Source of the DNA: Bacteriovoracia bacterium
Lineage (GTDB): Bacteria > Bdellovibrionota > UBA1018 > JBFWNL01
Direction of reading: 5' to 3'
Length of the DNA stretch: 64,000 nucleotides
Assembly (NCBI GenBank): GCA_050251055.1
Contig: JBFWNL010000010.1
Location: 32,001 to 96,000, forward strand
Below are positions 39,632 through 49,866 of this stretch, one piece after another. A program made the translations under genes and the position numbers. Numbering within the stretch: position 1 is the stretch's first letter; every line of letters begins with the position of its first letter. Below the pieces are notes generated by a model, which saw only the letters and a program-made list of their open reading frames with translations, was not told the origin of the DNA and searched no databases.

Positions 39632-41065
39632 GTGAAGCCGTATCGGATCCACCTCATTTTTTGCCTCTTCGCCGTCATTGGGCTTAGCGAGAAAGCTTGG
39701 CCGCAAAACGCCACGACCCAATGCGTGACCGACGGCATGAAGCAAGGATTGGGGGAGTTACCCCCCCCTCGCCCATACGCGCCCGTGGAGTTCACCGCGC
39801 CAACCCGAGCCTGGATCGAGCACGGCGTCGTCATCCGTCCCCCCAATCAATTCGAGCGCGCCTCCAGTCAGGGAGAGTTCTATGCTCTCTGCGCCGAGCA
39901 AGGGGTGCCGATTCGGCCGAGCTCCCTCGGTGGCATCGATCCCGCCCAAGACCTTCGCATCGTGCGGGCGGTATGGAGCACCACCGAGGATTTCGCCGAA
40001 GATTTTGGACGCAACCTGGGTTTCGCGCCTACGGAAGAAAACTACGCGCGCGTCCGCGGTATCTTGACTAACTTCCGCCAGCGGAACGGCAGCTTCGGCG
40101 GGCGCGAGCATCCTTTGCAGGCGAAGCTTCTGGCGGAATTGGCCGACGCGGGATTTCCAGCCTTTCGCGCGCCCGCGCCGGACGACGAAGTCGAAAGGAT
40201 GATTTGGGAATCTTTTCTCCCGAGCTGGGTCCACGCGCTCGACCCGCTGGCCGAGCTGGATCGAAGCCATGCGCGGTATGGAACGACCCGAACTCACGTG
40301 GACAAATTCCGCGAGAAATACGGATTCCCGCCCACGCGGGAAAACTTCAACCGGCTGGAGAAAATCGCCGAGGGTTTCGGCACCTTCCGGGAGCGGCCAC
40401 GCGTGTGGCGCTTCCGGCCCTACGAATCGATCGCGGATTTCCCCGAATTTCCTCCCGAGCTGCCCCGGGAATACGCCGACGCATACCGGGGAATTCATTC
40501 GCTCTGGAACGACCCGGCGGCCCTTACTAGCGGAATGGACGAGATCCGAAAACGCGTTCGCGCCCGCATGGCCACCGGCCAGACCGAGGACCAAGCGATC
40601 GAGGCGATCCGCCTGGAGTTCGAGGCCAAGCATGGCTTTGGAAAACCTTTGGACATCCAACGCATCCTGACCACCGAGGAGTGGGATCGGCTCGTAAAGG
40701 GCGGCAACCCTACCCGGGACGTGGAAGGCAGTCACAGTTTCGCTGGTAACGCGGGTTTCGGACAAAATGCCCACCGGAACCAATGGCTGCTCATCATGCT
40801 GGAGATGGAGCGAAATCCCGCACGCTTCGGTGGGCAAGCGCCCCTGGCGGGGAACTTGTATAAAAAACTGGCCGACGCGAGCTGGTTTGGAAAAATGAAC
40901 TTCCCCCCCGATCCCGACATCCAAACCGATGTCTTCAACACCCAAAACCCGTGGTACCGGTTGTTCGACTACGTGACCCGAGACTCCGGCGTGGCCAACG
41001 CAGCCAATCCCTTTTATTTCAACGAGCTCTGGTGGAAGGCGACTGGCCTTTCGCCAAAAAATTGA
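39632..41065 (+). CDS. Secreted hypothetical protein; C-terminal domain resembles LirA/MavJ (DUF5636)-type proteins
   Basis: AAGGAAG RBS plus GTG start, signal peptide; LTTEEWDRLVKGG..RD...GQNAHRNQW...WYRLFD. Confidence 0.6.
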   Translation: MKPYRIHLIFCLFAVIGLSEKAWPQNATTQCVTDGMKQGLGELPPPRPYAPVEFTAPTRAWIEHGVVIRPPNQFERASSQGEFYALCAEQGVPIRPSSLGGIDPAQDLRIVRAVWSTTEDFAEDFGRNLGFAPTEENYARVRGILTNFRQRNGSFGGREHPLQAKLLAELADAGFPAFRAPAPDDEVERMIWESFLPSWVHALDPLAELDRSHARYGTTRTHVDKFREKYGFPPTRENFNRLEKIAEGFGTFRERPRVWRFRPYESIADFPEFPPELPREYADAYRGIHSLWNDPAALTSGMDEIRKRVRARMATGQTEDQAIEAIRLEFEAKHGFGKPLDIQRILTTEEWDRLVKGGNPTRDVEGSHSFAGNAGFGQNAHRNQWLLIMLEMERNPARFGGQAPLAGNLYKKLADASWFGKMNFPPDPDIQTDVFNTQNPWYRLFDYVTRDSGVANAANPFYFNELWWKATGLSPKN

Positions 41066-41088
41066 CGTGCTCGAATACGCCGGCCGCG

Positions 41089-41116
41089 CGAAGTTTGCGC
41101 GGGACTTTGCCGATAA
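41089..41116 (+). promoter_or_regulatory. Candidate sigma28 (FliA) promoter
   Basis: CGAAGTTT-N12-GCCGATAA (perfect -10 box), 20 bp upstream of ATG 41137. Confidence 0.6.
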
Positions 41117-41136
41117 GCCGTTGAAGGGGTCTACCT

Positions 41137-41616
41137 ATGCCGACCAATACTCGGAAACGCACCCGGCTGTTCATGTTTCACAAGTTCCAGCACTGGTTCA
41201 TCGTGAGCTTCACGCTGTATTCGGCGGTGTTTCTCATGATCCTGGGCGGGGCCCTGGCGCTTTGGTTCAACCTGATCGTGCGCGAGCTCCTGCGGGTTTC
41301 GGGCGTCCTAAGCGCCACGTTCACGGCCCAGATTGAAAACTCGATGACGAAAGGCGCCTGGTTTATCGCCGGCGTCGTGGTGATCTTGATCGCCATCGCC
41401 GCCGGGCAGGCGATCTTATTCAGCCGCCGCATCGCGGGCCCGCTTTTCGCGATTACGCGGCATCTAGAAAAATGCGAAGAGGAAGGCAAGCTCACGCCCC
41501 TGCACCTGCGCAAGAACGACATCCTTCACGAAATCGAGGAACGCTTCAACGGCCTGGTCGCGAAGGTGAACGCGGAATCCCGGCCCTCCGCAACGCGGAG
41601 GCGCGGCGCGAAGTAA
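41137..41616 (+). CDS. Two-TM membrane protein with HAMP-like C-terminus
   Basis: SRRIAGPLFAI...LRKND.L.EI..RFN after the second TM helix. Confidence 0.75.
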   Translation: MPTNTRKRTRLFMFHKFQHWFIVSFTLYSAVFLMILGGALALWFNLIVRELLRVSGVLSATFTAQIENSMTKGAWFIAGVVVILIAIAAGQAILFSRRIAGPLFAITRHLEKCEEEGKLTPLHLRKNDILHEIEERFNGLVAKVNAESRPSATRRRGAK

Positions 41617-42293
41617 TGAAGAATTTTTTCTTCCTCGTCATCGTTCTGGGGCTCTTGGGCCTGGCGGCGTTCCGCTGGCTGTACAGCTCCGTCGAGGCCG
41701 ATTTCGAAGAGGTCCACGAAACGATCGCCAAGGAATCGCTGCAGAGTGCGCGCAACATCGCGAAGGCAGGCGCGCAAAACAAGGACTCCCACCTCGTGAA
41801 CAAAAATCTCGCCACTCCGGGAAAAACCGCGCCCACCCCCGGCCTCGCGCCCGGCCAACGCCACCCCGGATCGTCGCATCTGGGCGGGGAATCCAGCGTG
41901 CCCCAATACGTCCCGCCTCCCGGTGATACTGGCGAGGAGCCGTTCTCGGTCAACGATCACTACGGAAAATCCTATTGGTGCCGCGGGCACATCCCGCCCA
42001 CCGTACGCGGCGGAAACAAGTGCGTCTACCCGAACGCGTGCTTCAGCTGCACGGGCTCGGAGATCATCATCCCCGAGGTGCCGGACGCCCACCCGTTCTG
42101 CAACGACGCCGAAGGCACGCTATCGGTGGCGTTTGACCTGCTGTGCTGCCCGCTTGGATTTAATGACGGTAAGCTCAACTGCCCGCGGCAGGCGGAGTGC
42201 TTCCAGGACACCGATGTTTCTTCGTGCCCGATGCCGCCCGAGATGCAAAGCGTGCTGGATCAACCCAACTCCATTTACGTCGAGCAGGATTAA
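41616..42293 (+). CDS. Membrane-anchored Cys-rich hypothetical protein
   Basis: TAATG coupling with the upstream gene, N-terminal TM, Pro-rich linker, 10-Cys C-terminal domain. Confidence 0.7.
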   Translation: MKNFFFLVIVLGLLGLAAFRWLYSSVEADFEEVHETIAKESLQSARNIAKAGAQNKDSHLVNKNLATPGKTAPTPGLAPGQRHPGSSHLGGESSVPQYVPPPGDTGEEPFSVNDHYGKSYWCRGHIPPTVRGGNKCVYPNACFSCTGSEIIIPEVPDAHPFCNDAEGTLSVAFDLLCCPLGFNDGKLNCPRQAECFQDTDVSSCPMPPEMQSVLDQPNSIYVEQD

Positions 42294-42311
42294 TCCGGAT
42301 CCTGCCGGAAT

Positions 42312-43514
42312 TTATCTTAAGATAGGAGAGGGATCCTTCGCCAAATCCCGCGTGATGTTCTTCTGGTGCGCCTCGCTGGTGCCGCCGCCGATTTCAATCA
42401 GCTTGGCGTCGCGCCACAGCCGCTCCACCACGTACTCACCGACGTATCCGTAACCACCCAGCACTTGGATCGCGCGGTCAGCGACGTTTTTCGCCATGGC
42501 GGAGGCGACGAGCTTCACGGCGTCGGAATCCACGCGATTGCCTTCGGAAGTAAGGGTCAGACGGCGGGCAACGTCGTAGACGTAGGTGCGCGCGGCCTTG
42601 TACTCGGCATAGCTCTCGGCGATGTGGCGCTGCATCTGTCCGAAGTGCGACAACTGCTTTCCAAATGCCGTGCGCTCGCCCGCATAGCGGTTCATCACTT
42701 CCAGGCTCCGGCGCGCGATCCCCAAGCTCATCGCCGCCAGAGTCAGGCGCTCGAGCTCGAGGTTGCGCATCATATGAATCATGGACTCGCCTTCCTTGCC
42801 CACGAGATTCGCGACGGGCACTTCGCATTGGTCAAACACGAGCTCGGCCGTGTTCGACGCGCGCATACCGAGCTTGTCCTTGATCTTTTGCCCCACCGAG
42901 TAACCTTTAAATCCTTTTTCCACGATGAACGTGGACAGCTTCTGGTCGGCGCCCGTCTTGGCGTAGACCCAGACCACGTCGGCCGGAGTGCCCGCTTCGT
43001 CGATCGTGCCATTGGTGATCCACATCTTGCGTCCGCTGAGCTGATAACCCGCGGCGGTCTGGGTCGCGGTGGACTTTAACCCCATCACGTCGGTGCCCAC
43101 GTGCGGCTCGGACATCGCCATCGCGCCAATCCACTCACCGCTGCAAAGTTTCGGGAGCAACCGCGCCTTCTGCGCCTCGCTCGCGTTGACCGAGATATTG
43201 TTCACGCAAAGCATCGCGTGCGCGAGGTAAGCCAGCGCAAAACCCGGATCGGAAGCCGAGATCTCCTCGTGGACGATAACCGCCGCCATCGCGTCCATGC
43301 CGGAACCACCGTGCTTCTCCGGCGCCGTAATCCCCAAAAAACCCAAACCGCCGAGTTTTCTAAACAGCGGTAGATTGAACTTCTCCTCGCGGTCGAACTT
43401 CATGGCCTGCGGCTCGATCTCGTTCTGCACGAACCCGCGCGCGGTCTCGCGCAGCATGCGGTATTCCTCGGTGGGATTGAACAGGTCAAAACTGTGCAAG
43501 CGTACTTCGATCAT
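42312..43514 (-). CDS. ivd: Isovaleryl-CoA dehydrogenase-like acyl-CoA dehydrogenase
   Basis: LAYLAH, AMSEP, KMWITNG, KLGMRASNTAELVF, LWRDAKLIEIGGGTSE. Confidence 0.82.
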   Translation of the reverse strand: MIEVRLHSFDLFNPTEEYRMLRETARGFVQNEIEPQAMKFDREEKFNLPLFRKLGGLGFLGITAPEKHGGSGMDAMAAVIVHEEISASDPGFALAYLAHAMLCVNNISVNASEAQKARLLPKLCSGEWIGAMAMSEPHVGTDVMGLKSTATQTAAGYQLSGRKMWITNGTIDEAGTPADVVWVYAKTGADQKLSTFIVEKGFKGYSVGQKIKDKLGMRASNTAELVFDQCEVPVANLVGKEGESMIHMMRNLELERLTLAAMSLGIARRSLEVMNRYAGERTAFGKQLSHFGQMQRHIAESYAEYKAARTYVYDVARRLTLTSEGNRVDSDAVKLVASAMAKNVADRAIQVLGGYGYVGEYVVERLWRDAKLIEIGGGTSEAHQKNITRDLAKDPSPILR

Positions 43515-43521
43515 AAGTTCC

Positions 43522-44052
43522 TCAGCTCAAATAGGGTCCGATTTTCTGTGCCTTACGGATAGCGTCGATCACCTCGCGGACGGCGCCCGCGCCGCCTTCG
43601 GACTTCGTGACGTAGTCCACGCGCTTTTTCACCTCGTCCACCGCATGCGGCACGGTGGCGGAAAAACCCGCGCGCTCCAGTACCGGGATGTCGAAAAGCT
43701 CGTCTCCCATGTAGCCCACGTGCTCGGCCTTGAGGCCACGCGCAGACAAGATCTTCTCGAGCGCAATGAGCTTGTCTTCATTTCCACAATGATACTCGGT
43801 GATGCCGAGCACCTTCATGCGCTCGTGAAGATCGTCGGATTCGCCCCCGCTGATGACGGCGATCTCAAACCCATTCTTCACCATGAGGCGGATGCCGTAG
43901 CCATCCTTGATGTGAAACACGCGGGTCCAACCCAGGCCCTTGAGCCAAAACACGCGCGCGTCGGTCATGATGCCGTCGACGTCCAAGATCAGCATCTTGA
44001 GCTTCTTCAACTTTTTCTGCATCGCGGGTGACTTCAAGCTGCTCGCGGCCAC
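43522..44052 (-). CDS. kdsC: KDO 8-phosphate phosphatase
   Basis: LDVDGIMTD, KDGYG, MGDELFD, GGAGAVRE. Confidence 0.92.
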   Translation of the reverse strand: MAASSLKSPAMQKKLKKLKMLILDVDGIMTDARVFWLKGLGWTRVFHIKDGYGIRLMVKNGFEIAVISGGESDDLHERMKVLGITEYHCGNEDKLIALEKILSARGLKAEHVGYMGDELFDIPVLERAGFSATVPHAVDEVKKRVDYVTKSEGGAGAVREVIDAIRKAQKIGPYLS

Positions 44053-44077
44053 GGTGTATTCCCCCCAAGTCCTAACT

Positions 44078-44959
44078 TTATTCCGCCTGCGCCTCGGGCA
44101 GGAGTTTCGGCATTCCCCGCGTCAGGGCGCGGATCTCAAGTAACTGCTTTAAGAAAGCGCCCGTTTTATCGAGATAAAACGCGTTCGGACCATCGCTCTT
44201 GGCTTCCGCCGGCCGCGGATGCACTTCCATGAAAAGCCCGTCGGCGCCCGCAGCCATCGCCGCCCGCGCGAGCACTTCCAGGTATTCGCGCTTGCCGCCC
44301 GTGCTCTTACCACCCGGCGCGGCGCCCGGCACCTGGATGGAATGAGTGGCATCGTAAATCACCGGCACGCCAAAGCCTTGCATGCATTGAAACGACGACA
44401 TATCGACCATGAGGGCATTGTACCCGAAGGAAACTCCCCGCTCGGTCAGATAGAACCAATCTTTCACCGGTTTCGCGGCCGACTTCTTTTCCACGGCCCG
44501 AACCTTCTCTACGATGTTTTTCGCGTCCCAGGGGGCCAAGAACTGGCCCTTCTTGATATTGAGCCGGCAACCGTGCTTCAGCGCCGCCTCCGCTCCCGCT
44601 ACCACGAGATCCGTCTGGCGGCAGAGAAATGCCGGTATTTGGATGAAATCCACGACCTCGGCGATCGGCTCCGCCTGCTCGGGCGCGTGCATGTCCGTCA
44701 GGAGCGCGAATCCGGTGTGTTCGTGGACTTTCTGCAGGATCTTCAAGCCTTGCTTCATGCCCGGGCCACGAAATCCCTCGATCGACGTGCGATTCGCTTT
44801 ATCGAAGGAAGCCTTGAAGTAAATGTCCAGCGGAAGCCCGGCGAGCTGCTTCTTCAGCTCGGTGGCGATCTCCAGGGTCAGCCCCTCGTCTTCGATCACG
44901 CAGGGACCAATAATAAGTGGCATGCTGAGCGGCATTTTATCCAAACTTGGAGCTGACAT
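44078..44959 (-). CDS. kdsA: KDO 8-phosphate synthase
   Basis: GPCVIE, KASFDKANRTS, QIPAFLCRQTD, KKGQF, DATHS. Confidence 0.96.
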   Translation of the reverse strand: MSAPSLDKMPLSMPLIIGPCVIEDEGLTLEIATELKKQLAGLPLDIYFKASFDKANRTSIEGFRGPGMKQGLKILQKVHEHTGFALLTDMHAPEQAEPIAEVVDFIQIPAFLCRQTDLVVAGAEAALKHGCRLNIKKGQFLAPWDAKNIVEKVRAVEKKSAAKPVKDWFYLTERGVSFGYNALMVDMSSFQCMQGFGVPVIYDATHSIQVPGAAPGGKSTGGKREYLEVLARAAMAAGADGLFMEVHPRPAEAKSDGPNAFYLDKTGAFLKQLLEIRALTRGMPKLLPEAQAE

Positions 44960-44972
44960 TGCCACTCCCACG

Positions 44973-46613
44973 TTAAGCGCGCGCCCCGCGCTTCGCCTTG
45001 GCCGCGCCGATGAACGCCGCGAACAGCGGATGCGGCTCAAGCGGGCGACTCAAAAACTCCGGGTGAAACTGACAGCCCAGGTACCAAGGATGATTAGGGA
45101 GCTCGACCATTTCGACCAGATCCATGCCGGTGGACGCGTTCACGTGTTTACCACCGATGACCATGCCACCCTCCTCCAAGCGTTTACGGTAGGCGTTGGA
45201 AACTTCGTAGCGATGGCGGTGGCGCTCGGAAATCACTTCTTTGCCATACGCCTGGAAGGCTTTCGTGGGCTTGCCTTGAAAGGACTTCAAAACCTCGCAG
45301 CGGTATGCGCCCAGGCGCATGGTGCCGCCCTTGTCGGTGACGCCTTTTTGCGACTCCATCAGGTCAATCACCTTATTCGCTCCGCCAGGGGTGAACTCGG
45401 CCGAGTTCGCGTCTTTGATCCCGCAAACGTTGCGCGCGAATTCCACGACCGCGAGCTGCATGCCCAGGCAGATGCCGAAATACGGAACACCCGACGTGCG
45501 TGCGTATTCCGCCGCCTTGATCTTGCCTTCGATGCCACGCTCTCCGAAACCGCCGGGCACGAGCACCGCGTCGACCTTGCGCAAGGCCTCGAGGTTACCC
45601 TTTTCGACTTCTTCCGAATCAATGTACTGCGTGTTCACGCGCACGTTGTTGGCTACGCCGCCGTGAATAAGTGACTCACTCAGCGATTTATAGCTGTCGC
45701 GCCAGTCGGTGTACTTACCCACGATCCCGATCGTAACCTCACCTTGCGGCTTCTTAATCCGGTCGACCATCGCGCTCCACTTGCTCAGATCCGGACGCCC
45801 CGTCCAGATCCCCAGGAGCTCGCCGATTTTTTCGTCCAGGCCTTCTTCATGATAGCGCAGCGGCGCTTCGTAAATCGTTTCGACGTCGAGCGCGCTGAAA
45901 ACCTGCTCCGCCGGCACGTTGCAGAAAAGCCCGATCTTGTTTTTCACATCGGCGGGAAGCGCACGATCGCTGCGGCACAGAAGAATATCCGGCTGGATGC
46001 CGATCTCGCGCAACTCCTTCACGCTGTGCTGCGTGGGCTTCGTTTTCAACTCCGCCGCCGTCGCGATGTAGGGCACGAGCGTCAGGTGCACGAACAGGAC
46101 GTTTTGGCCTCCCAGTTCGTGTTTCACTTGGCGGATGGCTTCGAGGAACGGCAAGCTTTCAATATCGCCCACCGTGCCGCCCACTTCGACGATGGCCAGA
46201 TCCGAATCGGCCGCCGCATCATATATATGTTTTTTGATTTCGTCGGTGATGTGCGGGATGACCTGCACGGTCTTGCCGAGATAACCGCCTTCGCGTTCGC
46301 GCCGAATGACAGCGTCGTAGATACGGCCCGTGGTGAAGCTGTTCTTGCGCGAGAAACCCGCGCCGCCGACGAAGCGCGAGTAATGGCCTAGATCCAAATC
46401 GGTTTCGGCGCCGTCGTCGAGCACGAAAACTTCGCCGTGCTGATACGGGCTCATGGTTCCCGGATCGACATTCAAATACGGATCCATCTTCACCATCGTG
46501 ACCTTGATTCCGCGGTGCTCGACCAACATGCCGATGCTGGATGCGCTGATGCCCTTGCCAATGGAGGAAAGGACGCCGCCCGTCACGAAGATGAATTTTT
46601 TGGGTTTGGCCAT
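44973..46613 (-). CDS. pyrG: CTP synthase
   Basis: [42 protein letters not shown]. Confidence 0.98.
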   Translation of the reverse strand: MAKPKKFIFVTGGVLSSIGKGISASSIGMLVEHRGIKVTMVKMDPYLNVDPGTMSPYQHGEVFVLDDGAETDLDLGHYSRFVGGAGFSRKNSFTTGRIYDAVIRREREGGYLGKTVQVIPHITDEIKKHIYDAAADSDLAIVEVGGTVGDIESLPFLEAIRQVKHELGGQNVLFVHLTLVPYIATAAELKTKPTQHSVKELREIGIQPDILLCRSDRALPADVKNKIGLFCNVPAEQVFSALDVETIYEAPLRYHEEGLDEKIGELLGIWTGRPDLSKWSAMVDRIKKPQGEVTIGIVGKYTDWRDSYKSLSESLIHGGVANNVRVNTQYIDSEEVEKGNLEALRKVDAVLVPGGFGERGIEGKIKAAEYARTSGVPYFGICLGMQLAVVEFARNVCGIKDANSAEFTPGGANKVIDLMESQKGVTDKGGTMRLGAYRCEVLKSFQGKPTKAFQAYGKEVISERHRHRYEVSNAYRKRLEEGGMVIGGKHVNASTGMDLVEMVELPNHPWYLGCQFHPEFLSRPLEPHPLFAAFIGAAKAKRGARA

Positions 46614-46620
46614 CCAGGTT

Positions 46621-47370
46621 TCATACTAGGAGACGGCGTACCTTTTCAAGGTCTTCCGCCGTATCCACCGCCACGGTGTCGCGTTCTACTTCCGCGAGAC
46701 CAATGGGGATTCCATGCTGCATAGCCCTGAGCTGCTCGAGGCTTTCGGCGACCTCCAGCGGCACTGGGCGCGCCTCGGAAATCTGGAATAAGACTTCCCG
46801 CGTATAAACGTAGAGGCCCAGATGCTTATACGGGATATAGGGGGTCGTACCCGAAGGCGCGGCCGGGGGCTCCTGCCTTCCATAGGGAATGGGTAGCCGC
46901 GAAAAAAAAAGAGCCCGACTATTATTATCTACAATGACCTTCACCACGTTGCGGCTCAATAGATCCGCCTGAGAACGCAGCGGCGTCATGATCGACGCCA
47001 TCGTGAACCGCTTGGATGTCACGAGCTCTAGCGCCTTCTCAATTCCCGTCGGATCGATCATGGGCTCGTCACCTTGTACGTTGATGTAAATGTCAGCCTT
47101 CAGCTGGCGGGCCACCGCCGCGATGCGATCCGTGCCGCTCGTCAAATCAGGCGAGGTCATCATGACTTCGCCGCCGAACTTGCGTACCGCCTGCGTTACC
47201 CGATCATCGTCGGTAGCCACGATCACCTGATCCACGCCGCGGGCTTTCTTCGCCGCTTCGTACACCCATTGGATCATCGGCTTGCCATGAATGTCCGCCA
47301 AAGGCTTGCCGGGCAGCCGGGTGGAGGCGTAACGCGCGGGTATCACGAGCAGGGTCTTCACCGATTTCAT
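46621..47370 (-). CDS. kdsB: CMP-KDO synthetase
   Basis: [34 protein letters not shown]. Confidence 0.96.
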   Translation of the reverse strand: MKSVKTLLVIPARYASTRLPGKPLADIHGKPMIQWVYEAAKKARGVDQVIVATDDDRVTQAVRKFGGEVMMTSPDLTSGTDRIAAVARQLKADIYINVQGDEPMIDPTGIEKALELVTSKRFTMASIMTPLRSQADLLSRNVVKVIVDNNSRALFFSRLPIPYGRQEPPAAPSGTTPYIPYKHLGLYVYTREVLFQISEARPVPLEVAESLEQLRAMQHGIPIGLAEVERDTVAVDTAEDLEKVRRLLV

Positions 47371-47478
47371 GGGGATTATTTCTCACGATCCAATCATTAA
47401 CGCAATGAAGCGGAATCTTTCCAATTCCCGATGATTTTTGCACTAGCCAAAGGGAGTCGCCAAAGCAAAAATACTCCT

Positions 47479-48177
47479 ATGAAAAAAATCTTAGTTGTTG
47501 GGCTCGCTTTGATTTCCCACCCCGTCTTAGCCGCCGAAACATCGGTGCTCGAGGCGAGCAAACACCGCGATTTCGCCCGCCTCAATCCGGAGCTCGGCGT
47601 TTCGCAACTGCACTATCAAGAAACCGGCGTACCGAACCATCACCAAACCAGCCTCTACGGCCGGATGCAGTTCGTGGGCGGCGTCGCCCAAACCCCCCTG
47701 TATTTCGAGAGCAACTTGTTCGGCAGTCTCGCTTCCCTCAGCCGCAACCAAACGCAAAACGCGCGCACCTGGGGATTCGACGCCCTGATGAATATCGACG
47801 CCACTTCTCCGCACACCGATTGGCTCGCGCACTTCGGACTGGGCTACGGCCACCGCAGCATGCGCGTGACCGATAGTGCCTTCGGCTACAACAATCTGAA
47901 CGGTCCCGTTCTGCAAGCCCGAGTCGGATACCGCACGAGCACCGGTCAACGCTTCTGGATCGGCCACAAATCCCTCTTCAGTCTGAGCGTCAGCTCGACG
48001 TACTCGATGATCAATTCATTGACCTATGACTTCTCGAATCCGACGGCCGCGGCGCCTTTCGTTAGCCTGTCTTGGCAAACCACCGGCATCACCCTGGTTT
48101 CAACGGAGGCGGGAAATGCCGGCCGCTTTTCCGTACGTGAAAACTCCCTCGCGCTCTCGCTGGGGCACTCGATTTAG
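47479..48177 (+). CDS. Secreted protein, probable outer-membrane beta-barrel
   Basis: Signal peptide MKKILVVGLALISHPVLA; alternating aromatic/Gly beta-strands; ends LSLGHSI. Confidence 0.6.
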   Translation: MKKILVVGLALISHPVLAAETSVLEASKHRDFARLNPELGVSQLHYQETGVPNHHQTSLYGRMQFVGGVAQTPLYFESNLFGSLASLSRNQTQNARTWGFDALMNIDATSPHTDWLAHFGLGYGHRSMRVTDSAFGYNNLNGPVLQARVGYRTSTGQRFWIGHKSLFSLSVSSTYSMINSLTYDFSNPTAAAPFVSLSWQTTGITLVSTEAGNAGRFSVRENSLALSLGHSI

Positions 48178-48183
48178 TTTATT

Positions 48184-48217
48184 GGTTCGGGAGAATCGTA
48201 CGTGATCCTCCCGAACC
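48184..48217. terminator. Hairpin between convergent genes (candidate bidirectional terminator)
   Basis: GGTTCGGGAG...CTCCCGAACC perfect 10-bp stem. Confidence 0.55.
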
Positions 48218-48231
48218 GAATCATCCTTGAA

Positions 48232-49551
48232 TTACCACACCAGTATCGGCCACTGTCGATTGAACAATCTCCACACCGCAGGATCAAAGCCGTTTGCTTC
48301 CCATTCGTAGCCATCGAGCTGCGAATCGCTTAATCCCGTGCCTCCATAGAGATCGGCCATCGGAAAAGTATCCAAATCATAGTAGTTGCCTTGGCCGATT
48401 CCGCCTTGGGCAAAGCCGTACAACGGAGATTCGATGGGCGACGTTCCCGAGATGGTGCCCAGAAACAGGTTTCGCGTGATGCCACCAGAGAACGTGCTCA
48501 ACGCCTGTCCCGCGATACCCCCCACGAAAGCTCCCGGCCCCTCCGGATAAAGACCTACCCTCGATACACAATCGCGAACGGCAGTGGACACCCCATAAAT
48601 GTGCCAAAGCATGCCCGCGAGGCCGCCAATCATGCGGCCATGAATCGCGCCCTCCACATTGACTTGGCTTATATTGACCGACGACGCGATACCAATGGCG
48701 CCCCCGACGGTAACACCCGAGAGGGAAAGATCCGTCTCAATCCGATTCAAGCGCGGCCCCCGGGCTTCACCTACGATGCCGCCGGCGACGTTCGCCTCGA
48801 TCGCGCTACCCAAGACCCGTCCATTCACGATTTCCCCCGTAGTCGAGCCCCCGAAGAGCGCGCTGAAAATTCCAACCATCCCGCCCGCCCACATCCCTCG
48901 CAACTGGACATTCGAAAGAAAGACGCGCTCAAAACGGGAGGCGACCGCGCGACCGATCACTCCGCCGACTGCGCTAGGATAGCTCGGGATCGCCGCCCAA
49001 TCGCGCGGGCGATCGGCGGTAACGCGAAAGACGATCAGATCGGACACCTCGGCACGGCCAGATCCCGCTAGCGCGCCCGCGTAGTCCCAGCCTTGAACGA
49101 GCGCCGACTCGTTTGGCGCGCGCAGAAGCTGAATATCAATAATGGAAAGCCGGCGAACCACGGCGGGCTGATCGCCAGACCCGAGCTCCAGGAAAATACC
49201 GGCGCCGCCGCGAGGCATGCCGTCTTGCACGCCGACGTGCGCGCGAATGCGAAGGTTACGCAACACTTTGCCGTTGCCTTCTAAAACCCCTCGAAAAGGC
49301 CCGTCGCTCGCCGCGCCGATCGGCGGCATTTCGACATTCTGGAAATCCAGGTCGTTGCAGAGAAAATAGTTTCCTCCTAGATTTTGCTCGATTGCACGAA
49401 ACTGCGCGACGGTCTGGATCGGCGTATAACCCACGGGAGCCACGCAAAGCGCCGCACTTCGCTTAATGACCACCGGCCGCGCCTCAATGGCTTGGGCCGG
49501 AAACGCTATGATCGAAGCCAAGAGAAATAGGTTAGTTACTTTTCGCATCAT
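48232..49551 (-). CDS. Secreted GLUG-motif beta-helix protein
   Basis: Signal peptide; IQTVAQF...NYFLCNDLD...PIG...FRGVLEGNGKVLRNL; repeated AGALAG/VGGVIG/AGGIVG/IGGLAG. Confidence 0.8.
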   Translation of the reverse strand: MMRKVTNLFLLASIIAFPAQAIEARPVVIKRSAALCVAPVGYTPIQTVAQFRAIEQNLGGNYFLCNDLDFQNVEMPPIGAASDGPFRGVLEGNGKVLRNLRIRAHVGVQDGMPRGGAGIFLELGSGDQPAVVRRLSIIDIQLLRAPNESALVQGWDYAGALAGSGRAEVSDLIVFRVTADRPRDWAAIPSYPSAVGGVIGRAVASRFERVFLSNVQLRGMWAGGMVGIFSALFGGSTTGEIVNGRVLGSAIEANVAGGIVGEARGPRLNRIETDLSLSGVTVGGAIGIASSVNISQVNVEGAIHGRMIGGLAGMLWHIYGVSTAVRDCVSRVGLYPEGPGAFVGGIAGQALSTFSGGITRNLFLGTISGTSPIESPLYGFAQGGIGQGNYYDLDTFPMADLYGGTGLSDSQLDGYEWEANGFDPAVWRLFNRQWPILVW

Positions 49552-49822
49552 CTTCGCCCCCCTCTTTGTTTGAATTCTTGCAGCCGGCTTGACATAACTC
49601 GTCCGCCCGCCGCGCATCCGCGATGCACCACCGGTAACTCACGAGCGTCGGAATGCCGAATGTCGTGTGGTACTCTTCGCAATAGTTCAGGTAGTTTTCA
49701 AATCGCTGGCGGCAATCCGCGAAACAGGCCGCCGAATCCCGGGCCGGATCCGCATTCGCCGCTCCGGCGATCAATCCACAAACCAGCGCTCCCAGCGCGA
49801 AGCTGAAGTATCGCATATCCAT
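49532..49822 (-). CDS. Small secreted six-Cys protein
   Basis: AAGGGGG RBS, signal peptide ending ANA, Cys spacing 3-10-17-10-3. Confidence 0.72.
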   Translation of the reverse strand: MDMRYFSFALGALVCGLIAGAANADPARDSAACFADCRQRFENYLNYCEEYHTTFGIPTLVSYRWCIADARRADELCQAGCKNSNKEGGEDDAKSN

Positions 49823-49866
49823 GCCCCCTTTTTTATTTTTCGATTTATGGCCAAATCGGTTGATAC

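Noticed and set aside
39758-40945. 395-aa minus-strand ORF
   Set aside because: The opposite ORF has an RBS, signal peptide and more protein-like composition
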